64,000 nucleotides of DNA from assembly GCA_963804955.1 (NCBI GenBank), contig CAWDSQ010000022.1, positions 93,231-157,230 of the forward strand. Direction: 5' to 3'. The translations under genes and the position numbers were made by a program. Source of the DNA: an uncultured delta proteobacterium. Lineage in GTDB: Bacteria > Desulfobacterota > WTBG01 > CAIYCZ01 > CAIRTM01. A model generated the notes under the pieces. That model was not told the DNA's origin, did not search any database, and was given only the letters and a program-made list of their open reading frames with translations. This document shows, in pieces, positions 11,604 through 23,209 of the stretch (positions are counted from its first letter, which is position 1; each line of letters starts with the position of its first letter).

Positions 11604-13055
11604 CTATGTCTGAGAAGTTGATGCGGTATGCGGAAACAAAAGGGTGACAGTGGTGCCTTGCAGGGGTTCGCTTTTTATATCTATCGTACCTCCGTGCAGA
11701 TCCATGATGGACTTGACGATGGCCAGGCCCAGACCCGATCCTGTCGCGTCCAGCGTGCGTGCGGATTCGGCCCGGAAAAAGCGGTTGAAGATATTGGGGA
11801 TGTCGTCGGGGTGTATGCCGATGCCCGTGTCGGAAACGGTAATGACGGCATTGTTATGGGGGCCCTGTACGATGCTGATATCAACCGAGCCACCGTCGGT
11901 AGTGTAGCGCAGGGCGTTTGACAGAACATTGCTGAGCGCCCGGCGAAACAGCAGCGGATCGGCATGGAGAGCGGCCTTTCCGCTGATAGTGAGGCTGATA
12001 TTGTTTTCCTGGAACAGTTCGACAAAATAGTCGGCAACGGTGCGCACTTCTACGTCACCGTCGAGCAGCGAGGGTTCGACCTTTATATCCGTGCTTTCGG
12101 CTTTTGCCAAAAACAGCAGGCTGTCTATAATATGCCCCAAACGCGTAAATTCCTCGAGGCTCGACTCAATATTCTGCTGATACTGAAGCTGTGTTCTTGG
12201 CTTGGCAAGCATCACTTCAGCCTCCCCGATGAGATTGTTTATGGGCGTGCGCAGCTCATGGGCAAGATCAGCTGAGTAGTGCGACAGCCGGGAAAAGGCA
12301 TCCTGCAGCCGGTCAAGCATGTCGTCAAATGACGTTGCCAGCACGGTCAGTTCCCGCGGCCACTGATCGGGATTCACCCGCGCGGTCATCTGTGTTGCTC
12401 TGATCCGCTGGATTACCGAAGTGATGCGCGCCAGGGGGCGCATGGCTCTTCGAGCCAGCACCATGCCTGCAGCCGCTGATATGAAAATGCTTATCAGCAG
12501 GATGCCCTCGGCCATGAAGCGGTATCTGCGCACAATGCCGGCTTCGCGGGAGACGTCAAGGGCCGCCTGAATGAGATACCGGTTATCACGCCCCGCCCGT
12601 GTCGACAGAAGCAGGTATGCCCGGTCGTTGGAGAGCCTTTTATTAATGATGACCGGCTTGGTTTCCGTATCGGCGGCAATGCCTTCAAAAACAGCATGAG
12701 GAGGGCTTTCTCCGGTACTGCTAGTCTGGGCATATAGCCTGCCCGAGCTGTCAAGCACATGAATATGATATTTCACAAACTGCAGATCCGAGCCTTTTTG
12801 AATTTCGTTTTCCACCCTTTCCCGCTCGACCGTATCGCTGTTAAGAATCGCCTGCAGCTGTTCGACTTTTTCCGTAAGGAAAAGCGTATCTTCTTCCTCA
12901 AGGCTTTTAAGCAGGGCATAGTAAAGTGCGCTGATGGTAACGGCAAGAAGAGCAAACGTAATAAGCGTATAGGTTACTGTCAGGCGGTGGGTTATTGATA
13001 TGGAGGACCGGGAGGCCCAGCGGGAGGGCTTAGTCGTTGCGCTGTTCCAGGACAT
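11604..13055 (-). CDS. Heavy-metal sensor histidine kinase, CusS/CzcS family
   Basis: 2 TM + [22 protein letters not shown]; adjacent to a CusR-like regulator. Confidence 0.85.
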   Translation of the reverse strand: MSWNSATTKPSRWASRSSISITHRLTVTYTLITFALLAVTISALYYALLKSLEEEDTLFLTEKVEQLQAILNSDTVERERVENEIQKGSDLQFVKYHIHVLDSSGRLYAQTSSTGESPPHAVFEGIAADTETKPVIINKRLSNDRAYLLLSTRAGRDNRYLIQAALDVSREAGIVRRYRFMAEGILLISIFISAAAGMVLARRAMRPLARITSVIQRIRATQMTARVNPDQWPRELTVLATSFDDMLDRLQDAFSRLSHYSADLAHELRTPINNLIGEAEVMLAKPRTQLQYQQNIESSLEEFTRLGHIIDSLLFLAKAESTDIKVEPSLLDGDVEVRTVADYFVELFQENNISLTISGKAALHADPLLFRRALSNVLSNALRYTTDGGSVDISIVQGPHNNAVITVSDTGIGIHPDDIPNIFNRFFRAESARTLDATGSGLGLAIVKSIMDLHGGTIDIKSEPLQGTTVTLLFPHTASTSQT

Positions 13056-13708
13056 AGCCGACTCCGCGAATGGTGTGAATGAGCTTAACCGGGAAGGGAT
13101 CATCAATTTTTGCCCTGATGCGGCGTATGACAACGTCAACGACATGCGTGTTGCTGTCGAAGTTTATATCCCAGATATGCTCGGCGATCATGGTCCGCGA
13201 AAGCACCTGGCCCGCACGCTCGGGCAAGCAGGCTCAGCAGCGAAAATTCCTTCTGCGTGAGTTCAACGGACTGGCCGGCGCGCGTGACCCTGTGCGACAG
13301 CAGGTCGATTTCAAGGTCTGCAATGACGATCCGGTCCTGCTGCTGCACGGGGCCGCGCCGCCTGATGACATGAATGCGGGCCAGCAGCTCGGAGAAAGCA
13401 AAGGGCTTTATCAAATAGTCATCGGCGCCGAGATGGAGCCCCTTAACCCGGTCCTCAACCCTGTCGCGCGCCGTAAGAAATATGACGGGAGTCTGCTTTT
13501 TCTTTTTTCTGAACTCGGTGATAAGCGTCAACCCGTCCATGCCCGGCAGCATGATATCAAGAATCACCAGATCGTAATCTATGCCCAAAGCCATGCTGAG
13601 CCCGTCGCGGCCGTTGTGAACGGTGTCCACGACAAAGCCGTTTTCGGTCAGGCCACGCTTCAGGTACTGGGCTGTTTTTATTTCATCTTCAACAACAAGA
13701 ATGCGCAT
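13030..13708 (-). CDS. Heavy-metal response regulator, CusR family (indel near 13225)
   Basis: MRILVVEDE..., [39 protein letters not shown]. Confidence 0.9.
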
Positions 13709-14100
13709 GATAGAAAGCTCGGCAATGCATTGAAACTTCCCCGGCAGACCGGTGCTTCGGCCCGGCCAACCGGCGCGTTTAATCGCAGCGAAAAAGCAGG
13801 GCATCAAACGGTTTATCTCGCATTAGACATACCAGCCGCATATATCAGTTTCATCACAAAACCATTAAAAACTAAAAATTTCGGCCTTCCGCACAACGCT
13901 GCCGCTATCCTGCAGCGCCGGGGGGCGCATGTCCGTCCGGAATTTTTTAACTTTTTAATGTTCATGAAACACAACTGTGATTTTCAGGCCGTACTATATT
14001 CATATAGTCCTATTTTTTTCGGCCATTTCAAGGCAATCTCCTGCCGTGACGGCTGCGCAAGAATACACGGCCAACCGAACACCCACAACAGGAGGTTTCC

Positions 14101-14846
14101 ATGAAACGAACCTTTCTCATCGGCCTGTCCGGCCTGGGCTATTTTATCGTTTCGCTGTTTCTGTTCATGCCGTTTCGCATGAAGCCCATAGAAAATTACA
14201 ACCTCTTTGCGCTTCCCTTTTTCGCCGCAGTCTTTCTTTTTCTGCTGTACAAGGCCTGCACCGTCGAAAAAGACAGCAGGGGATACCTGTTCGGCTATTT
14301 TGCCGGCATTGTCATGTGGCAGCTTTTCGGCGAAACAGCCTCCCTGACCGTGCCGTCGGGGCTGATCCTGCAGTTCAGCGACATGAACATCAAGGTGCTG
14401 GGCGGCTATTTCTATGTGCTGGCGGGATGGGGCGCTGCTGTACATGCTCTGGAAGCTCAAAATGCTCAACAGCCGCGCAGCCTATGTGTTCGTGATTTTT
14501 CTGGGTATCTGGTCCTTTGAAGTCTACATGGACAATTACTCCTCCCGGGTGCCCCTGTTCATGATGGGCATTGTGGCCAATATCATCATGGTGGTGTTTC
14601 CTGATCGCAAGCATCGTGGTGCTGGTCATGGCAAAGCGCTCGGCCTCCATCGAGCGCAAAACCATACTGGGCGGCGTTTTCTATTTAACGCTCAATATCG
14701 TACTCATGTCGTCGGGCCAGTGGAAAAAGCCCCAGGACTTCTACCTAAAGTATGAAGTGCCCGCGCTTCAGCAGGAATTGACGGAAGCGCAGGAGAAGCT
14801 TGACTATATCCAGCGCCTGAAGCTGCAAATGATTTATATGCCCTAA
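14101..14846 (+). CDS. Hypothetical multi-pass membrane protein (split by two indels)
   Basis: AGGAGG RBS; overlapping hydrophobic ORFs 14101-14520, 14414-14755, 14571-14846. Confidence 0.65.
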
Positions 14847-14867
14847 ACCAGTGTTTCAACACGCATT

Positions 14868-16019
14868 GTGAAAGGAGCCGTTTATGAAACAGTCAGTTTA
14901 AAAATCATGCTTGCATTACTGGCGCTGGCCTCAGTGTGCCTGCAGCCCGCGCTCTGCCGGGCCGAGGCGAAAAAGGGCCTGCTGGTCTATGACTCTATCT
15001 ACAGCTCGACCGCTGAGGTCGCCTACTGGCTCAAGGCCATTATCGGCAATGAGCAGCAGCTGGATGTTAAAAAAATAGATCAGGTGCTAACGGTTAAGCC
15101 CTATGACTATGTCATCATCGGCAGCTACTCGAAATGGGAAAAGCCTTCGCCGCGGATTTACAAATTTATCGAATTCTGGAAAGATGAGCTGGCGAAAAAA
15201 CAGGTGTGTTACTTTCTGACCGGCGGCGACTGGGATGAGACAATGCTGCTGAAAGCGCCGGGCGCCCCGATCAAGCTCATTGCGGGAAGAAATTACCTGT
15301 TTGATCTGAAAGAAAAGTACCCGAACATCAAGCCGGTTCTCATGGGCGGCTTCGGCGGCCGGCAGGTACAGCCCACGTTGCAGGGTACCGACGGTTTCAT
15401 GATCTGGGTGCTCGAAAAGCTGTCGCGCGAAGGCGCGCACTGGGTCGGCATCGATATCTGGGAGTCGCTGGTGCCCGAGCGCGTCGAAGTGTTCGGCAAT
15501 GAGGTGCGCACAAAAATTCTGGGGCTTGAGCCCCTTGCCGACGTGCAGAAATACCGCGGGTTCTGGAACTCGCTGCAGCCCGCATCGCTTAAGGATCCCT
15601 CTAAAGTAAAAACTACGAATCTTATTTCAAAAGACAACGGCGAGACCTGGGTGCCGGTATCGGAGCGGCCCTATACCGTGAAGCTCAGCTCCAAAAAATC
15701 CTACTATTCGCGCTCGAGGATCAAGGCCGATCTACCCGCAACCGCCAGGCTTCTTGCCGAGTGGGCAGGCAAGAACGGCTTTGAGCTGAAGAAGGAACGT
15801 GAGGCCGACTACATGACCTGGTTTACTGCCATGAAAAAAGGCGGGGACAAAGAAGAGACCCTCTCTATCGTTATGGCCACCATGCCTGATGACCCGGGCA
15901 ATGTTCATGTTTCATTCCGCTCCTGGCTCAAGCCCGAAAAGCGCGCGGCGCTTGAAGACTCGGCAGCCAAGGCAGAGCAGCTGCTCTGGGCCGATGGCCG
16001 GAAGGTTGCGGGCAGATAA
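14868..16019 (+). CDS. Exported HemG-like flavodoxin-domain protein with C-terminal extension
   Basis: Signal peptide; 'LLVYDSIYSSTAEVAYWL...YDYVIIGS' matches the long-chain flavodoxin/HemG pattern. Confidence 0.7.
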   Translation: MKGAVYETVSLKIMLALLALASVCLQPALCRAEAKKGLLVYDSIYSSTAEVAYWLKAIIGNEQQLDVKKIDQVLTVKPYDYVIIGSYSKWEKPSPRIYKFIEFWKDELAKKQVCYFLTGGDWDETMLLKAPGAPIKLIAGRNYLFDLKEKYPNIKPVLMGGFGGRQVQPTLQGTDGFMIWVLEKLSREGAHWVGIDIWESLVPERVEVFGNEVRTKILGLEPLADVQKYRGFWNSLQPASLKDPSKVKTTNLISKDNGETWVPVSERPYTVKLSSKKSYYSRSRIKADLPATARLLAEWAGKNGFELKKEREADYMTWFTAMKKGGDKEETLSIVMATMPDDPGNVHVSFRSWLKPEKRAALEDSAAKAEQLLWADGRKVAGR

Positions 16020-16081
16020 CACGGCTGCAAATCGTTTTGAAACGGCATGTGCCAATAACGCAGTTACAGGGAGTACACACC

Positions 16082-16355
16082 ATGAAATGTCCGATATGTG
16101 ACATAGATCTTCAGATTGCAGAACGGCAGGGCGTTGAAATCGACTACTGCTCCAAGTGCCGCGGCGTGTGGCTGGACAGGGGCGAGCTTGACAAGATCAT
16201 CGAGCGCTCGGCAGCTGAATTGCAGCCGAACGCAGCCTGCCCCGGGGCAGGGGTATCCGAACACCGGCTACTATGACAAACATCATGACAGCCATCACGG
16301 CGATCCGCATCATTACAAGCGGCGAAAAAGTTTTCTTGAGCAGCTGTTCGACTAA
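16082..16355 (+). CDS. zf-TFIIB zinc-ribbon domain protein (indel near 16235)
   Basis: MKCPIC...GVEIDYCSKCRGVWLDRGELDKII; C-terminus RRKSFLEQLFD. Confidence 0.9.
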
Positions 16356-16515
16356 ACATCAGCGGCTGCGGCAGCATGCAAACTGCCTAAATAAAATCAT
16401 CGCAGATGTTTCAAGCGGGGCAGGCCCGGCATTGTGCCGGGTCTTCGCGTTCGCGGCATACTGTTTTTAGCACATGCCCGATCGAATGGGCGCAACGGTT
16501 GTTTCGGTAATCGGC

Positions 16516-17206
16516 ATGAAAATTTTTTTTTAAAATCCTGCTTGATGCTGCTCTTATTGCATCGGGCTGCTTTCTAGTTTTTTATTATGATTTGCCGAGC
16601 CTCTTCAGCAGTGAAGAAAAAGTGCTTCAAGCGATCGAGGCGTTGGGCCCGTTATCTATTCTTGCGTTCATGCTCCTGCAGATTCTGCAGGTCATCATCA
16701 CTCCCATTCCCGGCGAGGTGACCGGGCTTATCGGCGGGTATCTGTATGGCCCGATGCTCGGCACTGTTTACTCAACCATCGGTCTTACCTTCGGTTCATT
16801 GATTGCTTTCAGCCTTGCGCGGGCGTACGGACTTCCGTGTGTCGAAAAAATTATTTCCCCGTCTGCACTCAGAAGGTATGATGGTTTTATTGAAACAAAG
16901 GGCATGCTTCTCTGCTTTTTATTTTTTATCATTCCTGGAGCCCCCAAGGATATTATGTGCTACGTGATAGGTCTAAGCCGCATGCCGATAACAATTTTTC
17001 TGGTGCTCTCCACATCAGGCAGGCTGCTGGGCACCATTCTGCTCTCGGCAGCCGGGAGCAGCCTTCGTAATCATCGGCATGACACGCTGATTATTATTGC
17101 AGGAGCTGCCGGCGTGTTTGCGCTGACGGCATATGTCTATAACTATTATAAAAATTCAGTCGTCCTCAACAACAAGAAATGCAGTTTTTTGAAAGGAGAG
17201 CAATAA
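16516..17206 (+). CDS. TVP38/TMEM64 (DedA/VTT) membrane protein
   Basis: QVIITPIPGEVTGLIGGYLYG, IPGAPKD; start probably shifted by the T-homopolymer at ~16523. Confidence 0.85.
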
Positions 17207-17209
17207 CCC

Positions 17210-18106
17210 ATGAAGAAAGCATTTAAAATCGCCGGCGCAGTCATTGGTGCTTTTATTGTCATTGCCGTCATATTTATTGCGGCCTACAAACCGGCGCAAT
17301 ATTCAGACTTCAATATCTATGCAAAACTGCGCAGCTTTACGATAGACCTGCTTCAGGAGTATAAGGCAACCGAGCGCCCAATCACGCAGGAATTTAAAAA
17401 TTTTTCTCTGGACCTGTCGTTTCCCTACAATAAACTTTTTGGCGACAGCGCTCTGGGCGTCCCCCTGGTCTCCTATGAGAGCAGCCGGATAACAGCCGCC
17501 AGCATCAGCCAGTTTGAAGTGCCCCCCCAATCCGGCTACTACCGGGACTTCACTTTTAACCTGCGACCGAACTTTGCCTGCAGGGCGCCGGTGTTTCACA
17601 TTGATTTCATGAAGCCGTCTCCGGGACTGCCCGGCCTGTGCAGCATGGATTTTTTCAACGTCGATCCCGAGCAAATCAGTCTAGAGGCATTCCTGGGCAC
17701 GGAGCTGGAGACGGTGAAAAAGGCCATGGCACTGGTTGAAAAATATCAGCGCACGGCGGCCGAGGGCAGAGGCAAGATAACGGCATATCTTGATCCCTGG
17801 AAATCAAAATATCGCATGGAGCTGCAGGAGCCGCAAACAACAGATGAAAAGGTTCGCCAGCAATATTATGAGACCGTGGCGGAAGCCTATAAGCTGGCAT
17901 TGTCGGCTTATATGAAGCGCCTGTACAGCCTTCAACCTGATCCGGGCTATGCAAAACAGCATGAAGAAAAGACTCGGGTATTTGTCCAGGCGCTCTATGA
18001 CAAGGATTTTGCCGTAAACATGGGCAGAAAAATATTCAAAGACAGCTTTAAAAAATACTGGCTGGACGGGTTCTGGACAGTGTCTATATCCATGCAGGAA
18101 AAATGA
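17210..18106 (+). CDS. Membrane-anchored protein with ferredoxin-dependent bilin reductase/RCCR-like fold
   Basis: N-terminal TM; 'NLRPNFACRAPVFHIDFM', 'CSMDF' and 'DKDFAVNMGRKIFKDSFKKYWLDGFW' follow the FDBR motif order. Confidence 0.6.
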   Translation: MKKAFKIAGAVIGAFIVIAVIFIAAYKPAQYSDFNIYAKLRSFTIDLLQEYKATERPITQEFKNFSLDLSFPYNKLFGDSALGVPLVSYESSRITAASISQFEVPPQSGYYRDFTFNLRPNFACRAPVFHIDFMKPSPGLPGLCSMDFFNVDPEQISLEAFLGTELETVKKAMALVEKYQRTAAEGRGKITAYLDPWKSKYRMELQEPQTTDEKVRQQYYETVAEAYKLALSAYMKRLYSLQPDPGYAKQHEEKTRVFVQALYDKDFAVNMGRKIFKDSFKKYWLDGFWTVSISMQEK

Positions 18107-18258
18107 AATTGAAATATAATGACGAGCTGGCGTTTTTCATTGCCGGCCCTTCGGCCTGGAGGGTCGGCATACGTACTGACTGTTTCGGTGCTTCTGCCGG
18201 GAGCAGCAGGAATCAGTTAGTTGTTGCCCTTTGCTCAGCATGAAGGTATTAGGTCCTC

Positions 18259-19167
18259 ATGAACCGTTCCGCTCTCACCCGCTATGCATGGCTGTCAATT
18301 GCGGCAGCAGTTGCGACCATGGCGCTCAAAGCAGCTGCCTACTGGCTGACCGGATCTGTCGGCCTGCTCTCGGATGCCGTAGAATCAATAGTCAACCTGC
18401 TTGGCGCTGTGATAGCCCTTGTCGTGTTGACGATTGCAGCGCGCCCGCCGGATGACGACCATGCTTACGGACATGGCAAGGCTGAATATTTCGCCAGCGG
18501 TGCTGAAGGAACTCTGATTCTGATTGCTGCCATAAGCATCGCCATGGCAGCGGCCAACCGCCTCATCCATCCCCAGCCCATCGAACAGGCCGGCGCCGGC
18601 CTTGCGGTATCAACTTTTGCTTCACTGATAAACTTCGTTGTCGCGCGCATCCTGCTGCGTGCCGGAAAGCAGCACCGATCCATCACCCTTGAGGCTGACG
18701 CGCGGCATCTTATGACCGATGTCTGGACCTCTGCAGGCGTGATCGGTGGCATCATTGCCGTGACGCTTACGGGCTGGCAGATACTTGATCCGCTTATCGC
18801 CCTGGGCGTTGCCGTCAATATCGTCTGGTCGGGCTATTATCTTATCAAACGCTCCACTATGGGGCTTATGGATTCGGCTTTGCCGCCGGAAGAGCTCGCT
18901 GAAGTTGCGCGAATTCTTGAAAAATACGCGCAGCAGGGCCTGCAGTACCATGCCCTGCGCACCCGGCAGGCCGCCTCCCGCCGCTTCGTATCGGTGCATG
19001 TGCTGGTGCCCGGCTTCTGGACGGTCGATGCGGGCCACGATCTGCTGGAGCATTTGGAGGCCGATATTCGAGCAGCCCTGCCGGAGGTAACGATAACTAC
19101 CCACCTTGAGCCGCTTGAAGATCCCACGTCACAGCAGGACAAGGAACTCGACCGCCCGTCAGTCTGA
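18259..19167 (+). CDS. Cation diffusion facilitator (FieF-like) transporter
   Basis: [35 protein letters not shown]. Confidence 0.92.
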   Translation: MNRSALTRYAWLSIAAAVATMALKAAAYWLTGSVGLLSDAVESIVNLLGAVIALVVLTIAARPPDDDHAYGHGKAEYFASGAEGTLILIAAISIAMAAANRLIHPQPIEQAGAGLAVSTFASLINFVVARILLRAGKQHRSITLEADARHLMTDVWTSAGVIGGIIAVTLTGWQILDPLIALGVAVNIVWSGYYLIKRSTMGLMDSALPPEELAEVARILEKYAQQGLQYHALRTRQAASRRFVSVHVLVPGFWTVDAGHDLLEHLEADIRAALPEVTITTHLEPLEDPTSQQDKELDRPSV

Positions 19168-19364
19168 ATCGGCAGCAAATGATAATCCTCCGTTAAAAGA
19201 ACGGGGGGCAGCCATCACGGCAGCATTGCTAAATGAAATTTTACAAATGCAGAAGGTTGGATATCTCATCGTTTCATGGCATAATTAGATATATTGCCAC
19301 CATGTTCAGCTTTAATAATAATTCATAGCTGTCCAGTAGTGGCTTTATTAAACAAAGGTATGAC

Positions 19365-19490
19365 CTGTTCCACCAACTTAACCGGAAAGACGAAAGTACG
19401 ATCATTCTTGTAGCACTCGGACCCGGGGTGTCACAGCATGCCACGGGAATAATCCATATCAGCAATGACATGCCTCTGGGAGGCGCATGA
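19365..19490 (+). pseudogene. C-terminal remnant of a MacB/LolD-type ABC ATPase
   Basis: LFHQLNRKDESTIILVALGPGVSQHATGIIHI resembles '..LN....TIILVTHD..VA..A..II.I'; ATGA overlap with the permease. Confidence 0.6.
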
Positions 19491-20875
19491 TGAAATTGCA
19501 CAGGATACTGCGCACTGTCCGCACGGCCCTGCGGGCGCTGAGGCACAACCCGATGCGGGCCGCTTTAACGGCCCTCGGGATTATTATCGGCGTGGCAGCA
19601 GTGATCGTCATGATGGAAATCGGCAAGGGTTCATCGGCAGCCATCCAGCGGACCATCGCCAGCATGGGCGCCAACAACCTGCTGGTTCATCCGGGCGCGG
19701 CGGCAAGCGGCGGGGTGAGCTTCGGCGGCGGCAGCGGCATGAACCTCACCCCTGAGGACTGCGACGCCATTATTCGTGAATGCCCGGCAGTTGGCAGCGT
19801 TACTTTCGAGGTGCAGGCCCGCGCGCAGATTACCTATGGCAACCGCAACTGGGTTCCCCTGGCAATCAACGGCACTACTCCTTCCTATCTTGATGTCCGC
19901 AACTGGAACAATCTGGCAGAGGGCGAAATGTTCACGGACCGCGATGTTCGCAACGGCAGCAAGGTGTGCGTGCTCGGGCAGACGATCGTGCGGGAGCTTT
20001 TTCAAGGTGCGTCGCCCATCGGCAGGGAAGTGCGGGTGAAGAATGTCTCTTTCAAGGTGATCGGCGTACTCAGTGCCAAGGGGGCAAATATGATGGGAAG
20101 GGATCAGGATGATATACTGCTTGCGCCCTGGACAACAATCAAGCACCGGGTGACCGGCTCATCTGCGGCCACAGTAAACCAGAGCAACTCCTCGTCGGAC
20201 TCGTCCTCCTCGGGAGTGAACTCGCTTTCCAAACTGTATCCCAATGCCCGGCTTAACCTCTATCCGGTGCCGTCGGCGACTCAGCAGGCCAACACGCCTT
20301 TGCCTGTACGCTTTGCCAATGTCGATCATATTCTGATCTCCGTCCGGGAAGCTCAGGATATCCCCCTGGCAATGCGGCAAATAAACGAACTGCTCCGGGA
20401 GCGCCACCGCCTTCAGCCGCATGAGCCCGATGATTTCAATATTCGCGATATGACCGAAATGAGCAAAACCCTCTCGTCAACATCAGTCCTGATGACCAAT
20501 CTGCTGCTGAGCGTTGCCCTGATTTCACTGGTTGTGGGCGGGGTGGGAATCATGAACATTATGCTGGTATCCGTGACGGAGCGCACCCGTGAGATCGGGC
20601 TGCGGATGGCGGTCGGGGCACGGGCCCGTGACATCATGCGCCAATTTCTGGTGGAGGCCGTTGCCCTGTGCCTGGCCGGCGGCGCTATCGGAATCTTGCT
20701 CGGCTGCGGCAGCTCCTGCCTGGTGACTCTTCTGTTGAGCTGGCCCACAAAGACTTCGCTGCCTGCTATAGTGACCTCAGTTATAGTTTCCGTGGGCGTG
20801 GGCATAGTTTTCGGGTTCTATCCGGCATGGAAGGCTTCACGTCTTGATCCGATCGAGGCACTGCGCTACGAATGA
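19487..20875 (+). CDS. MacB/FtsX-family ABC transporter permease
   Basis: LTALGIIIGVAAV, GIMNIMLVSVTERTREIGLRMAVGA, LDPIEALRYE. Confidence 0.92.
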   Translation: MMKLHRILRTVRTALRALRHNPMRAALTALGIIIGVAAVIVMMEIGKGSSAAIQRTIASMGANNLLVHPGAAASGGVSFGGGSGMNLTPEDCDAIIRECPAVGSVTFEVQARAQITYGNRNWVPLAINGTTPSYLDVRNWNNLAEGEMFTDRDVRNGSKVCVLGQTIVRELFQGASPIGREVRVKNVSFKVIGVLSAKGANMMGRDQDDILLAPWTTIKHRVTGSSAATVNQSNSSSDSSSSGVNSLSKLYPNARLNLYPVPSATQQANTPLPVRFANVDHILISVREAQDIPLAMRQINELLRERHRLQPHEPDDFNIRDMTEMSKTLSSTSVLMTNLLLSVALISLVVGGVGIMNIMLVSVTERTREIGLRMAVGARARDIMRQFLVEAVALCLAGGAIGILLGCGSSCLVTLLLSWPTKTSLPAIVTSVIVSVGVGIVFGFYPAWKASRLDPIEALRYE

Positions 20876-20978
20876 ACATACCGGCAAGCCGGGCCTGATC
20901 TAGCCCCCTCCTCCTGCATGCACATCTTGTTGATGAGCCCGGCCTCAGTCCTGTATTAGGGAAATAGGTTGAAATTGT

Positions 20979-21197
20979 TTCCATGCGCTGCGGCATTTTG
21001 GTGCTTCGGTGCTGGATAATGCTCATGTGAATATCGGCTCAATCCAGCGAATACTCAGGCATTAAAACAGAACGACAACTGAAATTTACCTGCATTCGAT
21101 CGGCGAGTCGGAGCGTTAAGCGATGCGGGTATATGAGCGGGAATTGGAAAAGTCACACACTAATTCACACACAGAAACAAAAGAGGCTAGCGCCTGA
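20979..21197 (+). pseudogene. Tyrosine integrase C-terminal remnant
   Basis: FHALRHFGASVL...IQRILRH*NRTTTEIYLH: HxxRH box, (G)H and catalytic Tyr, with two in-frame TAA stops. Confidence 0.85.
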
Positions 21198-21221
21198 AAC
21201 GCTAACCTCTTGAATTTACTA

Positions 21222-21294
<73 letters not shown>

Positions 21295-21500
21295 GGTAAA
21301 AGCCTTAAAAAATAATTTTGTACTTTTAACATAAACGCAAAGGTAAATCAATCTGTTTTTTGTGTTCAAGCAAGAAGCTTTGGCAGCGTACCCATTGGGT
21401 TCATCTCTTGCCCCCCAGACGGTAGACGCAGACGCAAATATCTGTTAAGGTTTTTCGTGTAAAGAAAAACCGGGTCCATTTTTTTAAAAAAGAGGGCTGC

Positions 21501-22119
21501 ATGAAAAAGGAAATAGTGCCTGAATTTCTTTGGCATCTGGACAAAGTGGTTTTTACGTTTCAGACCACCATCATCACCACGGTTGACGCCCGGGGCAGGG
21601 TTAACGCCGCACCCTTCGGGCTTGTCTACCCTTTCAGCACAGGCACCGGCTCACCGCAGATGCTTGCCGGCATCAACAGCCGCTGGCATACGGCTCAGAA
21701 CATTCTTGAGACAAAGGAATTTGTCATCAATTATCCGCCGCGCAGGCTGCTGGAGCAGGCTACGGCAACAGGCCTCTTTTATCCCCGAAGGAGTCAACGA
21801 ACTTGAAAAGACGGGCCTTGAGGCATTGCCGTCGCTGCAGGTACAGCCGCCGCGAATAAAGGACTGCTACCAGCATATCGAGTGCCGCCTGGCAACCGTG
21901 CTGCAGCCCAATGAGGCGCAGATAAATTTTATCGGCGATATTGTCGCCATATCCATGGATGAAGCGCTTGTGGACATGCAGCGGCAGGAGCGGGTGCGCG
22001 CTGCTGATCCGCTCATGTTTCTCGGACTTGACATCATGACGTTTGCAGGCACCTATGGCCGCCTTGACGGGCTCTGCGAATATACACCGCCCACAGTGGA
22101 CCTTGAGCGGAACGACTAG
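21501..22119 (+). CDS. Flavin reductase-like FMN-binding protein (indel near 21785)
   Basis: TTVDARGRVNAAPF, HTAQNILETKEFVIN, PPRIKDC...IECRL. Confidence 0.85.
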
Positions 22120-22257
22120 TTGTCAGAACTTCATCGGCAGGGGCTCTGATTATATGGTAATGATTCAGCTCAAGACCGAGCATCGCTCCAAGTCATGCAT
22201 ACCTGCTGTTGAAGCATCGCTGCAAACAAAGAGATCGGGCAGCTGCATGCCGGAGTT

Positions 22258-22977
22258 TTAGCGTGCGGCGCCATTTGTGACTGAAAACCACGCCATGCAG
22301 TCAAACGGAAGCCGCTCAGAGGCTTTAACGCCATGCTGTTTGAGCTGCTCATAAAACGGCAGTTTCCCCGCCTCCATCACCAGAACCTTTTCTGCGCAGG
22401 AAAACCTGAGGGTTTTATGAAAATGCTCAAAAAGCTCCTTGAGCTCAGGATAGATGAGCGCGCTGTTGGCAAGAGCTTTCACGAATCCGTTAAAATCGCC
22501 GCTGCTTGGCCTTCCCCGCCGCGCGTCCCAATCCGGTGACTGATGTGCGGCCAGCGCGAGCCGCAGCGACAGCTCACGGGACCCGTTTGGCGTGTCCGGT
22601 TCGAGCCTGCCCCAGAATAGGGTGCGGAAAGCCTCTGCTTTCTCCCTGCTTTGAAAAAACTCCCGGCAGATATGTTCCAGCAGCGTAACCTGCAGCGCCA
22701 GGGGCGCCGCACACTGGCTGCGGTGCAGGACAACGCCTTTTTCGGAGGCACGGGCAACCCAGGTAATCGTACAGCCGTCCTTTGACATGCTGTACTGCGT
22801 GGCATTATCCCGCTGGCTGTGCTCAACAGTGACAGTGCTTTCTCCTGCCGGCCTCACCGGATCATCGGCGATTCGGTCGTTTTCTCCCGAAGCATATGAA
22901 AAGGCAAACAGAACAAGGCCTGCCGCAGGAGCTGCCGCAGGGCGGAGATGATGCCTGACTGCTTGTAAAATTTTCAT
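22258..22977 (-). CDS. Hypothetical exported protein
   Basis: Signal-peptide-like start MKILQAV...; long open frame. Confidence 0.6.
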   Translation of the reverse strand: MKILQAVRHHLRPAAAPAAGLVLFAFSYASGENDRIADDPVRPAGESTVTVEHSQRDNATQYSMSKDGCTITWVARASEKGVVLHRSQCAAPLALQVTLLEHICREFFQSREKAEAFRTLFWGRLEPDTPNGSRELSLRLALAAHQSPDWDARRGRPSSGDFNGFVKALANSALIYPELKELFEHFHKTLRFSCAEKVLVMEAGKLPFYEQLKQHGVKASERLPFDCMAWFSVTNGAAR

Positions 22978-23209
22978 GGCAAGTCCCCCGTAGCTTATTT
23001 TAAAAACCGTATCTTTAGGATTGCAAAATTTCATGGTTATGCTATTGCGCTTTTTAGTGCATGCGGTCTGGTTATTGTAATAGGGCATTGATCCGCCCCT
23101 GTCAACAGCCAGCCGTACTGAGGCGGGCCTTGATATCCCCAAAATGGAATGCAGGGCAGGGTTGCCTTCTGTCTCCACCGCAAAACAGATGGAAGCATAC
23201 AATACTATC

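Noticed and set aside
18107..18258. Metal-sensing riboswitch (NiCo or yybP-ykoY) upstream of the CDF gene
   Set aside because: Hairpins are present but I could not match the conserved core sequences
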